DNA of 64,000 nucleotides, taken from assembly GCA_009914755.4 (NCBI GenBank), contig CP068257.2, positions 13,376,001-13,440,000 on the forward strand, read 5' to 3'. Shown piece after piece: positions 53,586-64,000 of this stretch. Origin of the DNA: the human T2T-CHM13v2.0 reference genome, Homo sapiens. Positions within the stretch are counted from its first letter, which is position 1. Every line of letters starts with the position of its first letter. A program made the position numbers and the translations under genes. The notes beneath the pieces were generated by a model. It was not told the DNA's origin and searched no databases. It saw only the letters and a list, made by a program, of their open reading frames with translations.

Positions 53586-56500
53586 TGAATTTTGATAGGG
53601 ACAAACTTAAACCATATCTAAGCCATAGCAGCATTCTTGCTGTTGTAGTTTGTTTGGCCTACCTGTCTATTTTAAAGCCACTAATAGGATTCCAGAAATG
53701 TTTGATATATATCTCCATATGCAGATAAATCAATAACTGCTCAGTTCATCTCCACAATTTTTCATAGTCAGGTGCATGTCTTTGTTCCAGGCCCTTCCCT
53801 GGTGAAGACACAGAAGTGGAACATGGTTGTGGGGCAATAGTGAACAGTGAAGTATGGCAATAATTATGCCTGAGGATCAGAGCTCTTCAGTGGTGAGAGA
53901 AAAATATCAGCTGGAGCTAAAAGTGGCATGAAATTAAGGGAGCAGGAAAGGTCAAATATCCAGTAAGAGAGCAAAACCCAAGTTTCTGAAGCACGGGAAG
54001 TATTGTAGATTGTAAAATGAACAATAACTCACCCAATGATCATTAAATTTGGGTAAATTTTGCATTAATTGTATTTCACTGTATTCTAGTTCTTGGAAAG
54101 CAGGCTAACACTGTTAACTGGTATATCATATATTGATTTTGTTGGGATACAAAAAATGTGCTTACTCTTGGATAAGTAGATAAAACACTTTTGGTTGTAA
54201 GGAAGAGCGACTTATGCCAATTAACTTGAGAGAAAAGGAACTTCTAATTCATAAAATCCAAGGAAGTGCTGTCCCATCAATCCTCAGGAGACCATAGCTC
54301 TTCATCCTGGTGCTCCACCAATAATGTGCCTTTTTTCTCCCCTTATTCAGTCCCTATTGGTCCAATTCTCCAAAGAGAAAATTTGATTGACTTTTGGCCA
54401 GCCAGTGGACTACTTCTTTTATGGTCAGGTGTCCAGCCCTTGTCTAACCAGTGATACTGAATGGAGGTGAGGGCAAGTTCACTTAATTCAAAGGATTGAC
54501 ATTCCCAAGCCTGTGAATAGGGCTGGTAAAACTAGCAGGGTAAGACGAGTGTGGTAGATCAATAAACTAATGACTCCAGTACAGTTATTATCTTTTACAC
54601 CACATAAATTAAGACTTGTAATATTGTAACAGCATCATTAATCTTATTTACAAACCGCTTGCAAATTAATGCTTGTGATTCTTATATACAAAATACATTA
54701 AACATATTCATTCTTTCACTAATTATTTACTGGTGCCTACAAGTACCCTGTGGCACAGTGTATCAAGTTCTCTTGATGCCAAATGAACAAACCATGGATA
54801 CATTCTTTGAGGCACCACAGGAGGAGACAGCTAATATTTACTGTGATGTATTTTTTAATACAGGCATAAAGATGAATATTATGGGGAAATGAGGCATTGG
54901 TTCATATATGGGGGATTGAAGGGAAGGTTCCTTCCTTCAAGGAAATGATTTTTGAACTAGATCATGAATGATGAATTTACCAGTGTGCTTTTTTCTTATG
55001 GTCATTGCTGATTAGTGTTTATATACTTACTATAACATCTTATTATCAAGTCATATTTTACAGGTGGTATTTCCCTTTCGGGAAGTTTTGTTGATTCTCA
55101 ATGTGTCAATATATAGAGCTAGAACTGTATTTTGTCAATTGAAAGTAAATTCAGATTCCCTCACATGGGGTAAAATTGTTTTATTTTTCTTTCTTCTTGT
55201 AATTTTCTTTCCCTTTTCATAGGCATTGAAAAATCGTTTTCTAATAACATAGCTTTCATGAACGTGAGAATTTTTCAGGTGTCTAGTAGTGGTGGTGATT
55301 GTCATTTCCATAGTCTCTTCCTTGGTATCAAGGCCAGCCTTAAATAATGTTGTGAAATGTGCCAACCATACCTTTGGTACCAATACATGCCCTTTCTCTA
55401 ACACACTTTTAGTGCAATGCCCAGTAACTGCATAATAACATTGTATATTTAGGGACCAAATCTTTTTCCTCTAATGCACCATCAATTGTTTCATGTACTG
55501 TTAAGAAAGAAGATTGGAACCAACCAAATAATGGCACAATGCTTTCTTATGACATAGAATTCTAATTTTATAACTATTGAAAGGGCCCTTTTAAACTTAT
55601 TTATACATAGATTTTTAATCCTCTATCACTCATATATATAAATAAAAGGACAATATAAGTGAATCACATTCTTTAAGATATTCCTAAACATGTTCACATT
55701 GAGCTTGTCCCACAAGAATCACTTTTTGACTTCATCATCAAGGTTTATTTTTAACAAAACGCAATTTACTCTTTTGTGCCATCAAGCAGTGTTGTTGATG
55801 CAGCATGCCTTAAAAGAGTGCTCCGCTACTATGTCTGTAAATTTTTTTCCAAGCTGCTGATCTCCACTGTACAGGCTTTGATGTAAATGCACTAGCAAAT
55901 GACACCCACAGACAGTGACACGAAGACACCTTCCCATTTCCGAGATGTTAAAATATCAAATGATGAATCAATGGCATATGACATACAATTAAAGAGATAT
56001 GACACTACTTGATAACTTCCAAAGTATTAGTGCAGACCTTATGTTTCTTTATCATTATCATAATGTAAGCCAAGTTAGGTAGTCATTGGTTCTTATTTCA
56101 CAGACAAAGTACTGGATGTCCTCCAAATTAAGTAATCTGCTCCCAATGACACAAAGAAAACAAATAGTAGATTTGGTACTATGCTTGATAGTACTGGCAT
56201 ATTTTATTTATAATCCAAGGCTTTTTCCACCAATTCATGCTATTTCTGCCATAAAAGTAATGCACACTAACCAATTGCACCCTTGGGGCACCCCAATTTA
56301 TACTATTTCCCATCATATTTCTTAGATATTCATAAACCTACACTGCAACTCTCAATCTCTCTACCTGTCACTTATCCTTGCTGATTGAAAAATTTAATCC
56401 AACAGTTCACAAACTATGTCCCCCAAAATACTGTTGTTTCAAGATTTTCTGTTTTTAAATCAAGTAACAGTCATCTTTTCTCAATTTGCAGGAAAAATTC

Positions 56501-58049
56501 AACTATCAAATGGTCTTCTAAATCAAAATTTTTCCATATTTTTTGTTTAGTCCTAGTTTCTGCTATCATTTGATGATAATAGAATCTTGTTTCATATGAT
56601 ATTGAATTTACACAAAACATGATCATTTTTCATTTACCACAGCAACATTTCAAGGTATTATAAAAAATTTTCCACAAATGTTACATTTCTTGAACAAATA
56701 TGAAAACCTTTGATTTTATTCATTCTTCTGGAAGCCTGCTGTCTTCCAGATACACAGATACACTAATGGTTCAAATACACGGATCTGTGCTATTTAATTG
56801 GCAAGTTACTTTGTCAGACTCCTCAGAAGAGTCCTTAGAAAATTCATACAGAGTGAATTGAAGATTGGGAATTTGAGACACTTCATAAGACAAAGGAGTC
56901 ATTTTTTGCCAGTCAGCCTTTTTCAAATTTCTTTAATTACATAATGTGAACAAGATATTCTAATTTCAGGACAGCCTTACCTGTGACCAACACTTTTTCC
57001 AGCTAATTTTTGGGGGAGTAGGTCAATCCTGCATCAAAGAATCAAATTTACAGCTTCTTTCTACCCAGGAAAGAGCTGATGCACTTAATTAATCTTTCCA
57101 GGAAGCCAGGCTGACGCTCATTATTTCAACGCGTTGTATGCTTAAAGCATGTATAATTTAATCCTGTTTGAAAGATAAGTGAAAGAGAATTGACATAAAA
57201 TAGCAAGAAAGCTCTGAAGTGAACTGAGCTATATAATTTGGGCATAAGCATTCTTAATATCACCTTTAAAAGAACTTGAAATATATTTGATGGTGGGAGA
57301 AATTTTAGTATAGATTTGAAAACTATCAAACAGCATCTGTTGCCTTCTCCATTTTGATTAAAACATGCTCACAGGGAAAATAGTGGTTTGTCTGTTAAGT
57401 CAAACACTAATGAAACATTTGCTAAAATAATCTCTTTAATTTGGACAACATTTGGCAATAAAGTGCACTCATTGGATCATTTGCCTGTATTCTGAGGCTT
57501 CCGAGTTAACTGAGCACAGCTAAGTCTAATATGGTAATGGGCTCTTTGTTAAAACCTGGACATATGCATTTCTCATGCTTGGTTGTGTTCTCCTCTGGTG
57601 AAGAGAGATAAGAAACGTTATTTTGATGGCATTAAAGGTTTCTCATTGACATATCTAAATACCATGAGCCTGAACTGTCTCATTTCATCATGTCTCATTT
57701 CTGTATATCTTTTGAATCAAAGGCACTATGGCCATAAGGCTCAGGTGAGGAATGAGGATTAGTGGTATTAGTCAAGTCACCAGAAACAGAGTTAGTAATT
57801 AATCTATAAAAACTGTAGAAATGCTTTTTGATTAGCCTATGGGAGTTCATGTGAAACATAATATTGCTGGCATGTGAAACAAAATAAATCCAGCAGGTAA
57901 TATCAGTAGAAAATAGAAATAACTTATCACGACATACTATTGTTTTATAGAAATTAGACTAAGTGTTTTCAAATTCAAATTGGTTCTTGTTTCTAAATTA
58001 CTGTTTTAAATTTTATGTACGTGTATGTTTGCAAATATATGTATACAAT

Positions 58050-58072
58050 ACACACACACACACACACACACA
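58050..58072. repeat. (CA)n microsatellite
   Basis: acacacacacacacacacacaca. A second imperfect (CA)n lies at 58153-58175. Confidence 0.9.
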
Positions 58073-59089
58073 GCACTCTTGCACTCCACACACATAATGT
58101 GCTTCGTGTTAACATTTTCTACTCATAGTCAATTAGGCAAGTAACTAGTGGACATACACACACACAAACACAAAGTATACCTACAGCTTTGTCTTGCATC
58201 CTGCAAAACCAAAGCCTTAGTTGTCCATGTATACTTGGAAGAACTGACCTGAAATGCCCTTCCAGAAGACATATGTGTCTAGATCATTATGTTGCAACCC
58301 TTCGTTAGTTTTGAGTTTTTGCACTATTAAAAGAAGAGCAAAGTGATCACCTTTTTAGTCTCTTATTCCATTACCATAGCTCAAGATGGGCTTCCTTTTA
58401 TTCTTTGTCTATAAAAATATTCTTATCCACCTGGAGAGTCAGGCCAAATACCACTCTCTACATAAAACTTTTCTTCCGGTATAATATTTCTCTTATACTT
58501 CTTTGTTAGTATTTCATCCAGGCTTGAATATGGTCACATTTCCAGATGCCCTTTTCTCGGTTGGACTGTCAGGTCCTGGAAGGCAGGGACTTTTGACAAA
58601 TCTGGGAGCAGCTAAAGAGGCAGTGTCAGTAGAGGCGGCATTTGAGGCGCTGACCCATGACAGGAGGAGCACGGGCTACAGCCGAGGACACACTGCTAGC
58701 AGCCATAACGGTGGCAAGTGTTGAACAAGCAGAAAAGATGTAATAGTTGTGAAGTCAGAGGAGTAGTCAGCGACATTGGCCTGGGTCCTTCCGTGAGGAG
58801 CAGACTCGAATGCTAAAATACACTCCCATGCCTCTTCCCACAGCACTGCCACCACCTAGAATTAAATTTTTGACAGTAACAGCAATCGCGTGTTTTTAGG
58901 ATGTATTCTTTATTAGTAAACTTTATTATTTAATATTATTTCTCTGGGTAAATCCTTCCTCATCCCTAACACTGAATTCTAGGAAAATAGTCTCCCAGGA
59001 ATCTTCTTAGTTGAGGGTAAGGAACTCTAGCAGATTGCTATTAAACAAGTAACATGTAAGTGAATATCCTTACACATCAGTTCATTGTT

Positions 59090-59400
59090 AACAGACTATT
59101 TCTCTCCTTTTAACCAAGTATTCTCAGTGATTAGCACAGTTCCGACCACACATATAGGTGTCAATAAATATTTAAATGAGTGACTAACAATAAATAGTAT
59201 TTACTTGGGGCTTATGCATGTTGACATGGTACAAAATACTTTACAGATATTGTGTCATTTAATAGTACTGTTATTCCTATCTGATAGATAAGTAAACTGG
59301 ACCTTGAGAGTGTAAATAATTTGTTCTAAGTTGCATAGTTAGTAGGTGGGAAAATTAGGATTTGAACCAAAGAAACCTACATGCAGTGCCATAACTCTTA
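59090..59400 (-). mobile_element. MIR SINE, minus orientation
   Basis: The reverse complement reads ggttcaaatcctaattttcccacctactaactatgcaacttagaacaaattatttacactctcaaggtccagtttacttatctatcagataggaataacagtac...gcataagccccaagtaaatac...cactcatttaaatatttattgacacctatatgtgtggtcggaactgtgc, which tracks the MIR consensus. Confidence 0.7.
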
Positions 59401-62400
59401 ACCTGTATACTACATTATCTCCCAATACTGAAAACATGCAGGAATGAATGACTGAATGTCCCATACTTGATAAGAGACAATCATTCTCTGAGTTAATTGT
59501 GCATCAAGAATAAAAAACTAATTAGGAGTACAAAGATGCAGGGCACTGCCCATTCTTATAAACAATTTGTTTTGGTAACAGTAACTAATTTTTACTTATT
59601 TTTGTACTTGGGATGGAATGCGCTATCAATTTTTTAAACATTATTTTTAAACCTATCTACATGATAAAAAGAAACTTAAGATGACAACTATTTCAGCAAA
59701 GAATGATAAGTGAAGCACCAGATGCTACATATTTTCAACTGCAAAAATATCATGGGAAGCCAGCTGTATCTTCTAAAATTTCATGATGTCATTGTATGGC
59801 TTCAGGATCTATTTAGCTGCTTTATAATCTTATTAGCTTATCTCTGCTTCCAGTCATGCACTAGGCCTTAATTGCATAGGTTTGTTTATAATATTGTTAG
59901 TGTTCTGGTATCATATTTCAAGCAAGAAGCATCTTGCTTACAGGCTAGTGCACAAAAACTTGCCACCCTGAGCAAAACCTAGTGATCCATTGCAAACTGA
60001 TATCACTGTCCCATTTTTCTGAAGAGGTCATCGTTTCCTGGCATTGAGCTATCATGCTAGTGACTCAGAGTTTTTTATTTTATTCAACTTTTCCCAAAAG
60101 TTCGAGTCTAGGATGATGATTTCAAAGTGTGATGGAAGCGAAGTGTTTCAGTTCAGTGAGTTTCAATGTCACAGTGAAATTTACCACGTTTTCCAGGAAT
60201 CAGTTACACTGCCAGGTCGAGAGAGATTTCAATTATATTAGGGATGGAAATAATTTTGGATTTCTTACAGTTCTACTCTTAATTTCACTGTCCCATCTTT
60301 TTGCCCCCCAAATTTATTCATCATTTTATTGTCTCCAATCTACATTCTTTTACAGGTTAATATTTTCTCGTTACAGAATTTTAGATAAGCTATTGTCAGA
60401 TATTTTCTTGGAGATCTCATACAAATAATTGAGTTGTACCACTTTCAAAAGTTTCAAAAGTGGAACCACTGGCATTTCCTGCCCAATAAGAGAGGATGCT
60501 CCTCATGGCCCTACCAGAACTAACTTGGGTCTTCATAGAGAATGGGTGGCAAATTATCTCCATAAGACACTAGCTCTACCTATATCTACTGGTTAGTTGG
60601 GCAAAAATGAGACCATCTTTCTTTCCCTCATTGCCTTCTGTGAGTAAAACCTATTAATTAAGACTCTTCTATGTACAACCAAACAATTCAAACTGGTCTG
60701 GATGTTTGGGGAATGGGAATTGAACTGATTTGCTTCCTTAAGTGAGAAGTCCAGGAGTTTCAGGGATGGCTTCAGGTGGGGCTGGTGTAGGCAAGAGCTC
60801 CAGCAGTGCCCTGGTTTTGCTTCTTCTCAGTCCTCTTGGTGGTAGACTTAGCTCTCCACCCTTGGTATGTTAGCATCATTCTCAGCTTCATTCACAGAGA
60901 CAAGTGGCAGGAATCTCCAGCCTTTAAATTCCCCAAATTCCTAGACCAGCAGAAAAGGACAAATGATATTCCTCATAAGGACAATATAAAATTTCCCCAA
61001 AATCAATGTCACTGGCTTTGATTGGCCTGACTTGGCCATGAGCTCACTGGGAAGCAATTACTGTGGCCAGGAAAGTGTGATGCTCTGATTGGCCAGTTCT
61101 GGATTACAGGCCATCCCTGGAGTCATGGTAGTGTTTTCTCCACAGGGGCCATGAGAACCGAAACTGGAGGAGCCAGTTCCCAAATAGATCAGCTAGATAC
61201 AGTTATGAGAATAGGATGAATGGATAGTGGCAACTACTAAACAGCACCATTTCAGTTATTCATCCTACTTATTCACACGTTTGGATATTTTCTCTTTCTC
61301 TTTCTAGTTCTTTTAACAAGCATATTAAACACTCGGTCTCTGTTTTTCTTTGGGCCTGTTTGCTTTGAAGCTGTCATCTTACATCTGGCTTTTTTATATT
61401 TACTCTTGGGTCATGCCTACATTTTGCTTTGTCCTTTTTACATATTATTAAATTTTGTTATCATTGTTTTCTTTGGTTACTGTCCTGAAACATCTAATTT
61501 CAACATCTGCTAATGTATTCATTTCTTCATATTATGTTGCCTGGATTTGGGGATAAATATTGAAAAGTTGAATGAGTGGCCAGTTAGCATCTAAGTACCC
61601 CTTTACGCAGACAATATTATTTTTTTGATAGCAAAGGAGAAAAGTCAGTGTTTTGTAGTAAGTAGAGGGCACAGATGTGAAAGAATTAGGAATGAAAAGA
61701 AAAAAATAAATTAAAAATATTGAAACATCTTAATTACTCTACTCAACCTTTTCTTCATAAAACCTTTTTATTTGTGCAATTAATAACCAATAAATGTATT
61801 TGAATTTTGCCTCCTCTTTATGACCATGCCCACTGGAGCTGTTACTGAGTAGGAAAATGATTAAGAGGCAGGTGGCAGAGGAGCGAAGGATGTGAATCAA
61901 AGAGGCTAGATAATGCACAAGCTCAATAGTGAGCGCTAAATAATTGATACACAGGTGTATACAATACACAGACAGGACACTGATACACATGGAAAAACAC
62001 TATTGTTACTAATAGTCTCAGGTTAGCAGCTGCCTTTCACCAATAATGACTCTTTATAATCAATTCTTACAATAATACAGTCCATGTTTTTGAGCCAGCA
62101 GATTCTAAAATAACTTCTTCTGGAAGCCTTTGGATATATATTTTTCACTTGATAAAATAGCCATTAGACAACAATAGAATGGATACTAAAATCTGTCATG
62201 TATTTACTTCAACAAAACCATCATATATACCTATTGTTAGTAGAATGCAGTTTTTGAAACCCATAATGTCTGCATATGGTGCTACATTCAAGAGACAGAC
62301 AAGGCATACAGGGAAGGTAAGTCTTTCTCTGTCCTTCAGTTACCCAGTTCTCCTTTCCAGAAAATTGCTGTTACCTGTTTCTTATGTATCCTACTACAGA

Positions 62401-63651
62401 CAATGTTAGCATTTGCAAACATGTGTACCTCTACAAACATAAATGAATTTTTATATACATACCTAGTAACACATTATTAAGCACCTTACTTTTTCACTTA
62501 TTAACATATGTCAGAAATCTCTAATGGTTAAATTACAAACAAGGATGTTGAGGACCAGGTTTCTAATATAAATTCTGACATTTTGAAGAGTCGTATTGTA
62601 ATTGCTATGATGGTAGGCATAAAATAAGCCAAAACACCCCCTTGGCCCCCGGAATAAACATATGAAAAGAAATGTAAATTCAAATTCAAATGAGAAAATC
62701 ATTGCTACCTATCAAATAAGCAAATGATAACAACAATGAAATAGTTGTTATTTCAATATAAAATCGATAATGCCTATGGCCAATTGCTGAAGCCAGAAAC
62801 CTCAGCATCATTTCTGATTTCTTTCTCTGCTTCATCCACATTTAATCTTTCACTAAGGCCTCCCATGTCATCCTCTAAAGTATACGTATTAAATTTCTCC
62901 GGAGGACATAGCTGAGTTGCACTCGGAAACTGTAAGATAATAATATTTGCTGTTTTAACCCACCATGCTTTGAGCTAATTTGTTTCACTATGATATGTAA
63001 CCAATACACCTTTAATAGCACCTTGTTTTTTTTAGTTATGGTACTTTTTAAACTCTGTCATTGATTGTTGTGATATTTATTATCTCGTTTATAAATGCAT
63101 ACGCCAGAGAGTAAGAATCTTGTGTATTTGGTCCCCAAAATACCTGTGACATTTATTATAGTCCTGAAATTCAGTTGTTGAATAAAAGAATAAATAAATG
63201 AATTGATATTCTGGATTTACTGCCTATGGGAAAATGTAAACTGGTGTAAGCTCATTGTCTGTAAGTGAGTTTATCACTTTTGTATCAAAGATCTTAACTT
63301 TGCCAACTCTTTGACCCAGCAATTTCATTGTTAGAAACTTATCCTGGAATATGAAAATTTAGCTAGAATAAAGTTTATTGTAACTGTGTTTATAATAGCA
63401 GAATAGTGTAAACAATGCGTCCCACAATAGAGTATTCAATTACGGCGCATCCTATGTATCCATGAAAAATAATGGTATAGAAAAATATTCATTAACACAG
63501 AGCATATTCACTATATGTGGCTGAGTGGTGCAAGCAAGTTACAAATCAGAAATATAACAATAGGTCCTGTTTACTGACTGTTTAGTGTATGCCATTCACT
63601 GTGATACACACCTTACATGTGTGATGTCATATGTATAGCATATCCAGAGGG

Positions 63652-63677
63652 GTGTGTGTGTGTGTGTGTGTGTGTGT
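63652..63677. repeat. (TG)n microsatellite, about 13 copies
   Basis: gggtgtgtgtgtgtgtgtgtgtgtgtgtgtag read directly. Confidence 0.95.
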
Positions 63678-64000
63678 AGATTCAAAGGCATCAGATAGCT
63701 GCTTTTTCCAAACACTGATCTACATACTTGGAATATGTATATAGAAGGTTATGTCACTAAAATGCTTACAGTGATTATCTCCAAAAGGAAAGGTGGGATT
63801 TGTATTTTGCTTTTTGTTTCTTTCCCTCATTTTTCTACGGTGAGAAGGAACCTCAGGCCAAAATGGAGAGTTGCCAAATGATAAGGGTTACAGATACCAA
63901 ACCTAGAAAAAGGAGCCAGAGAGACAAAGAGCAGAACAGTAGACCAGGGGTTGGGCAGGAATCCAGGACATGCCTAGAATAAGGAGCTATTGTTAATGGT

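Noticed and set aside
58503-58724. 73-aa ORF in a locally GC-richer unique patch
   Set aside because: It is short, with no Kozak-quality start and no flanking splice signals. The composition is not distinct enough. It may be an unrecognised ancient repeat. There is no support for coding.

Overview
This window reads as human or great-ape nuclear genomic DNA, not a prokaryotic locus. It is AT-rich and gene-poor, and roughly half of it is recognisable interspersed repeats. I find no CRISPR array, operon, tRNA or rRNA gene, and no exon I can defend as protein-coding. All repeat coordinates are approximate (about 5-20 bp), because no alignment tool was available.

Recognisable repeats:
- Seven Alu-type SINEs (about 3447, 8862, 12130, 14741, 23019, 26443, 53288), several with target-site duplications readable by eye.
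- LINE-1 3' ends of different ages at 1-815, 898-1748, 1862-2445, 2880-3445, 3945-4180, 5330-5560 and 49535-50670.
- A LINE-2 3' end at 8074-8862.
- MIR SINEs at 23985-24110, 36905-37080 and 59090-59400.
- MaLR LTRs at 21652-21995, 26220-26917 and 52771-53636.
- A full-length but interrupted Tigger1 DNA transposon at 24468-27552, with a transposase remnant on the minus strand.
- Two copies of a small palindromic non-autonomous DNA transposon (19250-19600, 47810-48190), and a probable ERV LTR (29890-30440).
- Several (CA)n and (GT)n microsatellites.

Three things stand out beyond ordinary repeats:
- A 1.26-kb CpG-containing minisatellite of about 25 copies of a 50-bp unit (9983-11240). It shows higher-order variant structure and produces the three longest, spurious, ORFs in the ORF track.
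- A single dense CpG island (about 43300-45200) isolated in AT-rich sequence. It carries a consensus splice donor on the minus strand, so it is a candidate promoter or first exon of an unidentified, possibly non-coding, transcript. Non-repetitive sequence that retains CpGs adjoins it (45250-47100).
- Layered mobile-element insertions that give a relative chronology: Tigger1, then a THE1 LTR inside it, then an AluY inside the LTR; and an MST LTR split by an Alu whose A-tail has grown into a (TTCTC)n microsatellite.

The GC-rich ORFs on both strands inside the CpG island are composition artefacts. The ORF tool also appears to use non-ATG start codons.
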